A DNA stretch of 64,000 nt from a bacterium (GTDB taxonomy: Bacteria > Hinthialibacterota > Hinthialibacteria > Hinthialibacterales > Hinthialibacteraceae), in NCBI GenBank assembly GCA_963663405.2, contig CAXXSM010000021.1, forward strand, positions 1-64,000. The letters are read 5' to 3'. The position numbers and the translations under genes were made by a program. Below the pieces are notes generated by a model. That model ran no database searches and was not told the origin of the DNA. It saw only the letters and a program-made list of their open reading frames with translations. The number at the start of each line of letters is the position of its first letter. Position 1 is the stretch's first letter. This document shows positions 19,837 to 30,061 of this stretch, piece after piece.

Positions 19837-20979
19837 ATGAATGTCGACGAACGATTCAATCTAATCACACGAAACGCGCAGGAATTATTGACCGAACAAC
19901 GGCTGCGTGACTATTTAGAGAACGATGTTCCCCTCCGCCATTACATCGGTTTTGAGATCTCTGGAGAGATTCATCTCGGCACGGGTATCCAATGTATGGC
20001 GAAGGTCGCCGATTTCCAAAAAGCGGGCGTGGAATGCATCCTTTTTCTTGCGGATTGGCACAGCTGGATCAACGATAAACTCGGTGGCGATCTCGAACGC
20101 ATCCGCTCCTACGCCTATGGTTATTTCGCTGAAGGATTGAAAGCCTGCCTGAAAGCGGTCGGCGGTGATCCCGATGCGATCCAGGTTGTTTTAGGATCCG
20201 ATCTGTATCAGAAAAAACCGGATTATTGGACCTCATTCGTCGAAGTCTGTAAAAATACGACGCTGAAGCGTATCCTGCGCTCCATTACGATTCTCGGACG
20301 GGCCGAAGGAGACGCTGTCGATTTCGCGAAGTTGGTCTATCCACCCATGCAGGTCGCCGACATCTACGCTCTGGGCGTAAATCTGGCCCACGCGGGGAAC
20401 GACCAGCGCAAAGCTCACGTGATCGCCATCGATACCGCCAATCAATTGAAGACCAACGTAACTACCGGTCCGGACGGGAAGACCATCGTCCCATTGGCGA
20501 TTCATCATCATCTGCTCAGCGGCCTTGGGAAACCTCCAATGTGGCCCATCGATCCAGACCGAATTCAGGAAGTCTGGACGGCGATGAAAATGAGCAAATC
20601 GAAACCGAACACGGCCGTCTTCATCACGGACGAACCAAACGAAATTGCGAAGAAGATCAAAAAAGCGTTCTGTCCTGAAGGTGAAACCGGCTTCAATCCT
20701 GTATTAGACTGGGCGAACCGTTTGATCTTTTGTCTCGATCGCGGGCCGTTGGAAATTGAACGCAAACCGGAACATGGCGGTAATTTGTCTTTCAAAACGT
20801 ACGAAGAATTAGAACAGTCATTTGCGGAAAAAGCGCTGCATCCGATGGATTTGAAAGCCGCCGTGGCCCAAAGTATCACGGACCTTCTCGCTCCCATCCG
20901 GGAACATTTTACAGATCCGGAAAGACGCAAAATCCTCGATTCGCTCCGGAAAGATATGAAAACAATCAAACTGCGCTAA
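19837..20979 (+). CDS. tyrS: Tyrosine--tRNA ligase, archaeal type
   Basis: YIGFEISGEIHLG, FLADWHSWINDKLGGD, YPPMQVADI, GNDQRKAH, KMSKSKP, IKKAFCP, LHPMDLK; 380 aa with no S4 domain. Confidence 0.93.
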   Translation: MNVDERFNLITRNAQELLTEQRLRDYLENDVPLRHYIGFEISGEIHLGTGIQCMAKVADFQKAGVECILFLADWHSWINDKLGGDLERIRSYAYGYFAEGLKACLKAVGGDPDAIQVVLGSDLYQKKPDYWTSFVEVCKNTTLKRILRSITILGRAEGDAVDFAKLVYPPMQVADIYALGVNLAHAGNDQRKAHVIAIDTANQLKTNVTTGPDGKTIVPLAIHHHLLSGLGKPPMWPIDPDRIQEVWTAMKMSKSKPNTAVFITDEPNEIAKKIKKAFCPEGETGFNPVLDWANRLIFCLDRGPLEIERKPEHGGNLSFKTYEELEQSFAEKALHPMDLKAAVAQSITDLLAPIREHFTDPERRKILDSLRKDMKTIKLR

Positions 20980-21018
20980 GATCATCCGCCATCGGATAGC
21001 GCGGAAAGAACCGAAACG

Positions 21019-21651
21019 ATGATAGCGATTGTTGATTATGAAGCGGGGAATTTGAAGAGTGTGCAACGCGCCGTTCGTCATTTGGGATACGACGCTTTGA
21101 TTACCAGCGATCCCAGCGAGATTGATCGCGCCGAACGGATCATTTTTCCCGGCGTAGGCGCTGCGGGCGCGTCGATGGAATCGCTTCGTAAAAGCGGCTT
21201 GGACCAGGTTGTTAAAAACCAGGTGATCGACAAGAAAAAACCATTTCTCGCGATCTGTATCGGCATCCAGATTATTTTCGAACGAAGCGAGGAAGATGAC
21301 GCGGTCTGTCTCGGTTTATTGAAGGGCCAAGTGAAACGCTTTCCCGCTCAAACGCCTGACGGTGTGTTGAAAATCCCTCAGATCGGTTGGAATCAACTGT
21401 ATCAAACGATCCCCCATCCCATCTTTGAAGAAACGAAAGATGGAAGCGAAATGTATTTCGTTAATTCCTACTATTGCGATCCGGCTGATCGCTCCGTTGT
21501 TATTGGGGAGACGGAATACGGCATACGTTTCACCAGCGCGGTTGCGAAAGAGAACCTGATCGCGACGCAGTTTCACCTTGAAAAAAGTGGGAAAATCGGT
21601 CTGCGGATGCTGAAAAACTTTTGCGAGTGGACGCCATCGGGTACGGTATAA
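21019..21651 (+). CDS. hisH: Imidazole glycerol phosphate synthase, glutaminase subunit
   Basis: VDYEAGNLKSV, PGVG, ICIGIQ, IPQIGWN, TQFHLEKS. Confidence 0.95.
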   Translation: MIAIVDYEAGNLKSVQRAVRHLGYDALITSDPSEIDRAERIIFPGVGAAGASMESLRKSGLDQVVKNQVIDKKKPFLAICIGIQIIFERSEEDDAVCLGLLKGQVKRFPAQTPDGVLKIPQIGWNQLYQTIPHPIFEETKDGSEMYFVNSYYCDPADRSVVIGETEYGIRFTSAVAKENLIATQFHLEKSGKIGLRMLKNFCEWTPSGTV

Positions 21652-21684
21652 CCGACCGGAGAAAGGAAGCGGCGGGAGAAGACC

Positions 21685-22467
21685 ATGCTGACCAAACGTA
21701 TCATTCCATGCCTGGATGTCCGCGCGGGACTCGTCACCAAAGGCGTTGAATTTAAAAACAACATCGATCTCGGCGATCCCGTGGCGATGGCGAAAAAATA
21801 CTACGATGAAGGCGCCGACGAGATCGTCTTTTACGATATTACCGCCAGCAGTGATGAACGCGATATTATGATCGACGTCGTCAGCCGCACGGCGAAAGAA
21901 ATCTTTATCCCTTATTCCGTCGGCGGGGGCATTCGTGTCTTAGAAGATATGCGCCGTGTTTTATTAGCCGGCGGCGAGAAAGTCAGCGTCAATTCCGCCG
22001 CTGTTCTTAATCCCGATATTATCTCCGAAGGGTCGAAGGCGTTCGGCGCGCAGTGTATTGTCTTGAGCATGGACGTTAAAAAAGTGCCCGAAACGAAAGA
22101 TATTCCATCTGGCTACGAGATCTACATCAACGGTGGCCGCAAACCAATGGGAATCGACGCTCTCGAATGGGCGGAACGCGGCGTCGAGTTAGGGGCGGGG
22201 GAACTGGTCGTCAACAGCATCGACGCCGATGGAACCAAGGACGGCTTTGAACTCAACCTGACACGCCGCATCGTCGAAGCGGTCGGCGTTCCCGTCATCG
22301 CCAGCGGTGGGGGAGGGACGCCGGATCACCTATACGACGTTTTTACAAAAGGCAAAGCGGATGCGGCCATTATCGCGTCAATGATCCACTTCGGCACATA
22401 TACAATTCCTGAAATTAAGCAATATCTACATGAACGCGGTGTGCGCATGAGAATGACAATCGCGTAG
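21685..22467 (+). CDS. hisF: Imidazole glycerol phosphate synthase, cyclase subunit
   Basis: [42 protein letters not shown]. Confidence 0.97.
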   Translation: MLTKRIIPCLDVRAGLVTKGVEFKNNIDLGDPVAMAKKYYDEGADEIVFYDITASSDERDIMIDVVSRTAKEIFIPYSVGGGIRVLEDMRRVLLAGGEKVSVNSAAVLNPDIISEGSKAFGAQCIVLSMDVKKVPETKDIPSGYEIYINGGRKPMGIDALEWAERGVELGAGELVVNSIDADGTKDGFELNLTRRIVEAVGVPVIASGGGGTPDHLYDVFTKGKADAAIIASMIHFGTYTIPEIKQYLHERGVRMRMTIA

Positions 22468-22508
22468 AATCCTATCGAGCCGTGTAAGCAAGCGGCCCGC
22501 GCTTATCC

Positions 22509-23984
22509 ATGTCCAACGATCTTTCTCTTCAATTAAAAGAACGTCTTCTCGCCGAAATTCGAATGAATCACGGCGTGATTCTCTCTCTTCGTCTTCGGAT
22601 TCATCAGGGGGATTCCGATCTTCTAAAAAATATCGCGCGAATACTGGATGATTGTTTTCCCGCTGTGATGAACGCTGCGATTCAGGAAAGCGATTCCCAA
22701 CAACAAGAATGGATCCGCGCCGCCTGCGCGCAGACCCGGTTCCGTGAACGAGTGAAGCAAATCACCATGGAAGCCGTGTATGGAGAATCCCTCTCGCCTC
22801 CATTGCGTGTTCTCCCGGATAGCGCGGAAGGCATGAGTAGAATAGATTCTCCACGCTTTTCTTTTACCGGACCAATTCATGCGGTTGTCTTTGAGTTTCT
22901 CCCCAATGTGACAAATGAACTCTACCCCCTAATGATCGACTCGTATGTTCACAATTCAATGAACCGTGGAATCCAACGTCATGTCATCGGTGTTTACATG
23001 AACTGGCTGGATGAAAATGGCGGCGCGGCGCGGGCGATCGTATTCGATGAGATATCACAGAATATCTTTGAAACATCCTTTATAATCCCTTTGCGGATCA
23101 AAACCGTACACTTCCTCTGTATTTCTTCCCAAACCCACCAACGGCTCAGTGAGCGATTGGCCAAGAAGAGAATTACTCAACTCAATCCCTATGATGGTGT
23201 CAAAGAAACGGACGATAAATTCGCCTGCTATCAACGTTGGAAACAAGAAGAAGTCCCAACGCCTCCCACGGCATGGATCGAAAGGAAAAGCGGCGGTGAT
23301 TTGAAAGAGAACATAGCCCATTGTTTCAATGAGTTGTTTACTTCTCAAAAAAACGAAGAGATTCAACTCGTCCTGCAACCCAATCGAGGCACGGAAGGCA
23401 GACTCACAAAATCCTTCGCGGGTGTTCCACAATGGGAACCTTTTCTTCAAGCGAATCCCGATCTTCTTCCTCATGCGGAATCGATTCTGCGCGAGGATGA
23501 TCTGCTTCTACGCGCAGGGGTGGGGAACATACGTATGTGGGACGAATTGGACGAGACCGCCGTCTTTTTTGATATTCGCGTGAACGTATCCGCGGGCCGG
23601 GCTGAAAGTGGTTTTCTAACCAAAGCCCCCAAAGGCTCGTTTATCGCCACTCGCCGGAAGGGGGCCTTGATTGTAGAATGGAAAGACCGGAAGCGGCTCC
23701 GATTTTTGATGGAGGAGTCCTCTGAACCAGCCCCGTTCGATGATAGTATATGGGAGATTACTAAACAGACCGCTGAACGGGCGGCGGCGTGTTTTCCCGC
23801 TTGCCAGTTAGCGGGCTTAGATCTGCGGTTGATGAAAGAGAGTGGTCCATTATCAGCCGTGAAAGCGTATGTGTTGGATATTAATCCACGCCCGGCGGGA
23901 TTGAGCCATGCCTGTTATATCGACACGGGGGAACCGGGCGTGACGCAGGGATTGTGGGAATATCTAGATCGGAACGAGAGTTAA
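22509..23984 (+). CDS. Hypothetical protein with divergent ATP-grasp-like C-terminal domain
   Basis: DDKFACY..VPTP, VLQPNRGTEG, DIRVNV, AGLDL, VLDINPRPAG. Confidence 0.55.
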   Translation: MSNDLSLQLKERLLAEIRMNHGVILSLRLRIHQGDSDLLKNIARILDDCFPAVMNAAIQESDSQQQEWIRAACAQTRFRERVKQITMEAVYGESLSPPLRVLPDSAEGMSRIDSPRFSFTGPIHAVVFEFLPNVTNELYPLMIDSYVHNSMNRGIQRHVIGVYMNWLDENGGAARAIVFDEISQNIFETSFIIPLRIKTVHFLCISSQTHQRLSERLAKKRITQLNPYDGVKETDDKFACYQRWKQEEVPTPPTAWIERKSGGDLKENIAHCFNELFTSQKNEEIQLVLQPNRGTEGRLTKSFAGVPQWEPFLQANPDLLPHAESILREDDLLLRAGVGNIRMWDELDETAVFFDIRVNVSAGRAESGFLTKAPKGSFIATRRKGALIVEWKDRKRLRFLMEESSEPAPFDDSIWEITKQTAERAAACFPACQLAGLDLRLMKESGPLSAVKAYVLDINPRPAGLSHACYIDTGEPGVTQGLWEYLDRNES

Positions 23985-23999
23985 ATCAAAGGAAGCGAC

Positions 24000-25004
24000 A
24001 TGAACGAAATCATTGAAACGTACGCCTACGCGCGGGCGGGATTGATTGGAAATCCATCAGACGGATATTTTGGAAAAACCATCTCCATTTCCATCCGGAA
24101 TTTTCGAGCGCGGGTGATCTGTTATCCCTCCGCGAATTTGGAAATCCGGGAAAGCGCGATCGACAAACCCATTTGGAGTTCCCTCGAAGAATTACGGGAA
24201 GGGGTGATGTTGAATGGGTATTACGGCGGTGTGCGCTTGATTCGCGCCATCATCAAGCAATTCGCTGATTACTGCGACGCGAAGAATATCCGCCTCCCCA
24301 AACGCAACTTCACGATTGAATACGAATCGGATATCCCCAACCGCGTCGGCTTGGCCGGTTCCAGCGCGATTATCACAGCCACATTACGCGCGTTGATGAA
24401 ATTCTTTAATGTTGATATCCCAAAAGAAATCCAGCCGAATATCATTCGCGATTCTGAAGTTGTCGAATTGGGAATCGGCGCGGGACTCCAAGACCGGGTG
24501 ATCCAGGTTTATCAAACGATGGTTTATATGGATTTCGACAAAGAACAATTGGAAACGAAGGGATATGGGATCTACAAACCGCTCGATCCAAACCTGCTGC
24601 CCCCGATTTATATCGCCTACGACACAAAACTAAGCGCCGGATCGGAGGTCTTCCATAACGATATCCGCGAACGCTTTGACCGGGGAGATCAAACAGTCAT
24701 CGATGCGATGAAACAATTCGCCAGCTTCGCCGAAGAAGCGAAAAACCAACTCGAGGCGGGAAATAAAGAGGCGTTAGGAGAGATCATGAACCGCAATTTC
24801 GATCTCCGTTCCTCTTTATACCAACTCAGTTCCAGCGACCTGGACCTAGTCCACCGCGCCCGCGCCCTCGGCGCCTCCTCAAAATTCGCCGGCTCAGGCG
24901 GCGCGGTCATCGGCGTCTACAAAGACAAAGCTATGCTGGAGAAATTAAAAGAAACCTACGAGGAAATCGGGGCTGCGGTGATCGTGCCGCGGATTGGGGA
25001 ATAA
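24000..25004 (+). CDS. GHMP kinase, glucuronokinase-like
   Basis: AYARAGLIGNPSDGY.GKTIS, IP..VGLAGSSAII, AGLQDRVIQ, KFAGSGGAV. Confidence 0.85.
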   Translation: MNEIIETYAYARAGLIGNPSDGYFGKTISISIRNFRARVICYPSANLEIRESAIDKPIWSSLEELREGVMLNGYYGGVRLIRAIIKQFADYCDAKNIRLPKRNFTIEYESDIPNRVGLAGSSAIITATLRALMKFFNVDIPKEIQPNIIRDSEVVELGIGAGLQDRVIQVYQTMVYMDFDKEQLETKGYGIYKPLDPNLLPPIYIAYDTKLSAGSEVFHNDIRERFDRGDQTVIDAMKQFASFAEEAKNQLEAGNKEALGEIMNRNFDLRSSLYQLSSSDLDLVHRARALGASSKFAGSGGAVIGVYKDKAMLEKLKETYEEIGAAVIVPRIGE

Positions 25005-25028
25005 CGTTTCCATTAAGTTGCAGATAAA

Positions 25029-26570
25029 TTATTCTTCTTCCTCCTCAACCTCTTTCCCCCGCCCATAAATCTCCGTCAATTCCAACAATCGATCACACGA
25101 TTCATCCGTCAGCATATCCGATGTATATCGCCATTGCCAATTTCCTTCGGATCGGCCGGGGAGGTTCATACGGGCTTCGTTTCCGAGGCCGAAGATGTCC
25201 TGTAAGGGGATAATGGCGGTATTCGCTGGGGAGGCGAGCAGAGCGCGGATGAATGTCCATTGGTCGCAGTCTTCAAAATTGAGATAACGGCGGGCGTAGT
25301 CTTTCTCTTTTTTTACATGCGCTTGCGTACGTGTGCTGGCGCCGGCGCCCGCGTTCCACCATCCCATGATGGTGTCGTTGTCGTGTGTACCGAGATAGGC
25401 CACATGGTTTTTCGGGTGGTTGTGCGGAAGGTAGGTATTCGCTGGCCCCGAACCGAAGGCGAATTGAAGGATCGACATCCCCGGTAGATCGAATTCATCC
25501 CGCAGCGCCTCCACTTGGGGCGTAATCAATCCCAAATCTTCAGCGATCACCGGAAGGTTTCCTAGATTCCATTTCAGTGTATGAAAGAAATCCGAGCCGG
25601 GGCCGGGAACCCATCGCCCATTACGGGCGGTCTTTTCACCGGCGGGCACTTCCCAATAAGCTTCAAACCCACGGAAATGATCCAGCCGCGCGATATCGAT
25701 CAGTTTAAGAGTTTCTTGAAACCGGGCGCACCACCATTGAAAGCCGGTGTCACGCAGAATATCCCATCGATAGATTGGATTCCCCCACAATTGCCCGTCT
25801 TTGCTGAAATAATCCGGCGGCACGCCGGAAACCACTTCCGGATCACCATTCGGTTTGAGATGAAATAGGTGGGGATTGGCCCAGACATCAACACTGTCAT
25901 GCGCGATGTAAATGGGGATATCCCCGATGATTTGGATTCCGTTCATCTCACAATGCTGTTTCAACGCCAGCCATTGTTTAAAAAATTGATACTGCCAGAA
26001 TTTCCGGGCGAGGATATCCTCTTCGAGATGCGCCCGCCAGCAATCGAGCGTTTCCGGCTCCCGCCGGACGATCTCTTTATCCCATCGTGTCCAGGATCTT
26101 CCTTCAAATGTATTCTTGAGCGACGCGAATAAAGTGTAGTCGTCCAGCCACCAGCCTTTTTCCTGGCAGAATTGATCATATTGTTCGCGCTCTTCCCCTT
26201 CGGTCTGAGTTTGAAAATTCTCTGCGGCTTTCCGCAATAAGGGGAGTTTACACTGAATCACCTCCCCATAATCCACTTTTTCTGGGGGAAAATCGGGGAG
26301 GCTATCTAGATCGGAGGGAGAAAGGTATCCTTCTTCCACCAATGAATCGAGATCGATTAAAAGAGGATTCCCTGCAAACGCGGAATAACATTGATAGGGA
26401 GAATCCCCATATGCAGTCGGTCCTAATGGCAAAATCTGCCAATAACTTTGCCCAGCGCCCGCGAGCCAGTTTACAAACCGGTACGCCTCCTTCCCCAAAT
26501 CGCCAATCCCAAAACGGCCGGGTAACGAAGTGGGGTGCAATAGTATTCCGCTGGATCGTGATTCTATCAT
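25029..26570 (-). CDS. malQ: 4-alpha-glucanotransferase (GH77)
   Basis: SGILLHPTSLPG, GDIPIY, GVPPDYFS..GQLWGNP, RLDHFRGF, AEDLG, GTHDNDT; AGGAGG RBS before ATG 26570. Confidence 0.95.
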   Translation of the reverse strand: MIESRSSGILLHPTSLPGRFGIGDLGKEAYRFVNWLAGAGQSYWQILPLGPTAYGDSPYQCYSAFAGNPLLIDLDSLVEEGYLSPSDLDSLPDFPPEKVDYGEVIQCKLPLLRKAAENFQTQTEGEEREQYDQFCQEKGWWLDDYTLFASLKNTFEGRSWTRWDKEIVRREPETLDCWRAHLEEDILARKFWQYQFFKQWLALKQHCEMNGIQIIGDIPIYIAHDSVDVWANPHLFHLKPNGDPEVVSGVPPDYFSKDGQLWGNPIYRWDILRDTGFQWWCARFQETLKLIDIARLDHFRGFEAYWEVPAGEKTARNGRWVPGPGSDFFHTLKWNLGNLPVIAEDLGLITPQVEALRDEFDLPGMSILQFAFGSGPANTYLPHNHPKNHVAYLGTHDNDTIMGWWNAGAGASTRTQAHVKKEKDYARRYLNFEDCDQWTFIRALLASPANTAIIPLQDIFGLGNEARMNLPGRSEGNWQWRYTSDMLTDESCDRLLELTEIYGRGKEVEEEEE

Positions 26571-26822
26571 GGATGGGATCTCCCTCCTTGAACGAAATGA
26601 ATGCCTTTCGTTAGGTGACGTAACGTTAATCATATTCGACACCTATAATTATACACCCCATTATATGAAGAGCGCCAAGGGTAAGGTGTAATATATTCTA
26701 TCTTGGCTTTTTTTAGATAAACTTGTGAAAAGGATAGAGTAAAATTAATCTCCATCGCTCAACAGAATAGATATAATCTCGTATACTTGTGAAAACAGCC
26801 ACTTAAAAAGGAGAATTCTTAT

Positions 26823-27812
26823 ATGAGTTTCGAACAGGAACGAAGCGCCGCAATCGAAGCGGTCCAAAAGGCTTGCCAGCTCTGTCAAACCGTCCAGGCG
26901 GAGCTGGTGACCGAAGAGACCGTCGCTAAAAAAGATAAATCACCTGTCACCATCGCCGATTTTGGCGCTCAGGCGATCGTAAATCAACACTTGCTGAACG
27001 TGTTTCCAAACGATCCGATTGTCGCGGAAGAAGACGCGCATATCCTTCGCGAACCGGACGCGGCGCTGATGAAAGAGCGGATCATCCATCATGTCCACAC
27101 CTTCTGGCCCGGCGCCAGCGAGGAACAAATCCTCATTTCCATTGATCGAGGTAACTATGAGGGCGGTCCGCAGGGACGGCATTGGACCTTGGATCCCATC
27201 GATGGCACAAAAGGATTCATCCGGGGCGACCAATACGCTATCGCATTAGGATTGATCGAAAACGGGGAAGTGGTTTTAGGAGCGCTTGGTTGTCCCAATC
27301 TCCCACTGCAAGCGGACAAACCGGATGGCGCGAAAGGCTGTATTCTGATCGCGGTAAAAGGACAGGGCGCCTTCATCCGGTCTCTTGAGGATGATTCCGA
27401 AACACCGATACATGTCTCGGAAATCGCTGACGTCTCGCAGGCCTCGTTCTGTGAATCGGTCGAATCGGGCCATACTTCCCACAGCCGTTCCTCCCAGATC
27501 GCCGAAGCGTTGGGCGTCACCGCTCCCCCATATCGTATCGACAGTCAGTGCAAGTACGCGGCGGTGGCGCGCGGTGACGCGTCGATTTATCTGCGCCTGC
27601 CCACTAGCCCAACCTATCAGGAAAAAATATGGGATCACGCCGCCGGTTCGATTGTCGTAAAAGAAGCGGGCGGCAAGGTGACGGATATTCATGGCGCTCC
27701 CCTTAATTTCGCGCGGGGAAAAACCTTCGAACCCAATACGGGCATCGTCGCCACATGCGGGTCGTTTCATTCCCAAGTGATCGACGCGGTGAAGAGGTCA
27801 TACGAACAATGA
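26823..27812 (+). CDS. 3'(2'),5'-bisphosphate nucleotidase, HAL2/SAL1-like
   Basis: KKDKSPVTIADF, EED, LDPIDGTKGF, GCPNLP, DSQCKY, EKIWDHAAG. Confidence 0.9.
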   Translation: MSFEQERSAAIEAVQKACQLCQTVQAELVTEETVAKKDKSPVTIADFGAQAIVNQHLLNVFPNDPIVAEEDAHILREPDAALMKERIIHHVHTFWPGASEEQILISIDRGNYEGGPQGRHWTLDPIDGTKGFIRGDQYAIALGLIENGEVVLGALGCPNLPLQADKPDGAKGCILIAVKGQGAFIRSLEDDSETPIHVSEIADVSQASFCESVESGHTSHSRSSQIAEALGVTAPPYRIDSQCKYAAVARGDASIYLRLPTSPTYQEKIWDHAAGSIVVKEAGGKVTDIHGAPLNFARGKTFEPNTGIVATCGSFHSQVIDAVKRSYEQ

Positions 27813-29413
27813 ACGAAGTAAAAACAATGTCCAATTTTGATTGGGTGATCCGGAACGCGAACGTGATCGATGGAACCGGCAAACCCCCTTTCCAAGCCGA
27901 TTTGGGAATTACTGGGGATACGATCCACGCGGTGGATACACTCAATGAACAACAGGGCCGGTCGGTATTGGACGCGGCGGGGCTTTGTATCGCTCCTGGT
28001 TTCATCGATATTCACACTCACTCAGACGGTGTAATCTTCACCTGCCCCACCGCCGATAGCCGCGTGCGGCAAGGCGTGACGACGGAAATCACTGGTAACT
28101 GCGGCTTTTCCGCTGCGCCTCTGTCCGGCCCATCCGCGGAAGAGCGGCGCAAAGAATTGCTGAAAGAGACAGACGCGCCGGCCACGTGGACGGATGTGGC
28201 TTCCTATTTCAAACAATGGGAAGAGACAGGCGCTTCTCTCAATCACGCTTTGCTTTTAGGGCAAGGAACCATCCGGCAGAATATCGCCGGTTTGGAAGAT
28301 CGCCCGTTGACGGATGAAGAACATAAAATCCTGATTCAAACCATCGAAGAAGGAATGCGGCAAGGCGCCGTGGGAATCTCAACGGGATTGGAATACACCC
28401 CCGGCTGTTACACTTCAACAGACGAGATTGTATCGATCGCGCGAATCGCCGCCAAGTATGATGGATTGTACGCGACTCACATGCGTGATGAAGAGGATGG
28501 ATTGCTGGAAGCGATCGCCGAAGCGATCGACATCGGCCGCCGGGCGGAAATCCCCGTGCAGATCTCTCATTTCAAAGCCTGTGGGCGCGCGAATTGGGAC
28601 AAGCAGGGAAAAGCCATTGAATTGATCGAAACGGCCCGAAAAAGTGGCGTGGACGTGATGGCCGACGCGTATCCCTACACGGCTTTTTCAACCGATCTTA
28701 CAATTCTGCTGCCCACATGGGCGAGAGAGGGTGGAGCGGAAGCGATCATCAAACGGCTGTATGATCCAACCGATCGAATGCGTATCTTGAAAGAACTGGA
28801 TCAAAACGTGCAAAGTTCCACCGGCGATTACAGCCGGATCATCATCGGCTCCGTTCAGTCGAGTCAAAACCAGTATGCCGTTGGCAAGACCGCTGAAGAG
28901 ATCGCTGCATTGCAAAACGAAGATCCCGCCGCGACGATCGCTCGTCTGATCGAGGAAGAAAAAGCGGATGTCTCTTTCATCGGCCATGGTATGAGTGAGG
29001 AAAATGTCGAGCGAGTTCTGTCCCACCCTCAAGTGATGATCGGTTCGGACGGTTCAAGTATGAAACCCGTAGGGAAAACCGCCGAAACCAAGCCACATCC
29101 CCGCTCGTATGGAACCTTCGCCCGTGTTCTCGGTTATTACTCCCGCGAGCGCGGCCTCTTCGATCTCCCCACGGCCGTCAAAAAAATGACCAGCATGCCC
29201 GCCAGCCGCGTCGGTATGAAAGACCGGGGCCGCATCGCGCCAGGAATGAAAGCTGACCTAACGCTCTTCGATCCAAAAACCGTCATCGATCGAGCTACAT
29301 TCCAAAATCCCCACCAATACCCCACCGGAATCTCCCACGTCATGGTCAACGGACAATTTGTCATCAAAGATGGAAAACACACCAACGCGCGGCCGGGGCG
29401 GGTGCTTGTTTGA
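27809..29413 (+). CDS. N-acyl-D-amino-acid deacylase (amidohydrolase)
   Basis: PGFIDIHTHSD, GNCG, THMRDE, QISHFK, IGSD, HPRSYGTF. Confidence 0.9.
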   Translation: MNEVKTMSNFDWVIRNANVIDGTGKPPFQADLGITGDTIHAVDTLNEQQGRSVLDAAGLCIAPGFIDIHTHSDGVIFTCPTADSRVRQGVTTEITGNCGFSAAPLSGPSAEERRKELLKETDAPATWTDVASYFKQWEETGASLNHALLLGQGTIRQNIAGLEDRPLTDEEHKILIQTIEEGMRQGAVGISTGLEYTPGCYTSTDEIVSIARIAAKYDGLYATHMRDEEDGLLEAIAEAIDIGRRAEIPVQISHFKACGRANWDKQGKAIELIETARKSGVDVMADAYPYTAFSTDLTILLPTWAREGGAEAIIKRLYDPTDRMRILKELDQNVQSSTGDYSRIIIGSVQSSQNQYAVGKTAEEIAALQNEDPAATIARLIEEEKADVSFIGHGMSEENVERVLSHPQVMIGSDGSSMKPVGKTAETKPHPRSYGTFARVLGYYSRERGLFDLPTAVKKMTSMPASRVGMKDRGRIAPGMKADLTLFDPKTVIDRATFQNPHQYPTGISHVMVNGQFVIKDGKHTNARPGRVLV

Positions 29414-29420
29414 TCCGTAA

Positions 29421-29621
29421 TTGTCTGAACCCTGATTCTAAAGATTAAAGGATTCCCATGATTTAATAATCAAGTGAATCAAGCAAATCAGGTGAATCAC
29501 GGTTCAGACAAAAAGAGATCAAGTGGGTAATTGTCAGAATCCTGATTCTAAGGATTAAAAGATTTCCATGATTTAATAATCAAGTGAATCAAGCAAATCA
29601 GGCGAATCACGGTTCAGACAA
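29421..29621. repeat. Two tandem 91-bp palindromic units (29421-29511, 29531-29621; period 110)
   Basis: TTGTC(T/A)GAA(C/T)CCTGATT ... AATCACGGTTCAGACAA; four GATT then four AATC at about 9-nt spacing. Confidence 0.92.
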
Positions 29622-29641
29622 AAGAGGATTAAAAGATTCTC

Positions 29642-30061
29642 ATGTTAAAAAATAATAGTGACATGTACAAAGATATCACTGGCAAGATCATTGGCTGTGC
29701 AATGACTGTACACAGGATTCTTGGCAATGGTTTTCAGGAGGTTATTTATCAGCGCGCATTGAAGATAGAAATGGAATACCAGAAGTTGGATTTTGAGCGC
29801 GAAAAAGAAATAGAGGTGTTTTATCGGGGGCAAAGAATTGGTGAGCGTAGAGTCGACTTTTTTGTTGAAGGGAAAATAATGGTTGAGTTGAAAGCCATAG
29901 TCGCTCTTGAGGATGTTCATCTAGCACAAGCAATGAATTATCTTGAAGCGTATAAAATGGAAATTGGTTTATTGATTAATTTCGGCGCCAAAAACCTGCA
30001 ATACAAACGTATTCATAATAATGCGCTTCTTAATCGTCTGAACCCTGATTCAAAGGATTAA
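29642..30061 (+). CDS. GxxExxY protein (PD-(D/E)XK nuclease fold)
   Basis: LGNGFQEVIYQRAL (GxxExxY), RVDFFV..IMVELKA, Q..NYL, GLLINFG. Confidence 0.92.
   Translation: MLKNNSDMYKDITGKIIGCAMTVHRILGNGFQEVIYQRALKIEMEYQKLDFEREKEIEVFYRGQRIGERRVDFFVEGKIMVELKAIVALEDVHLAQAMNYLEAYKMEIGLLINFGAKNLQYKRIHNNALLNRLNPDSKD

Noticed and set aside
22475-22505. GAGCCGTGTAAGCAAGCGGCCC short hairpin after hisF as another REP
   Set aside because: Only one degenerate copy was seen in the window, which is not enough to call a family.
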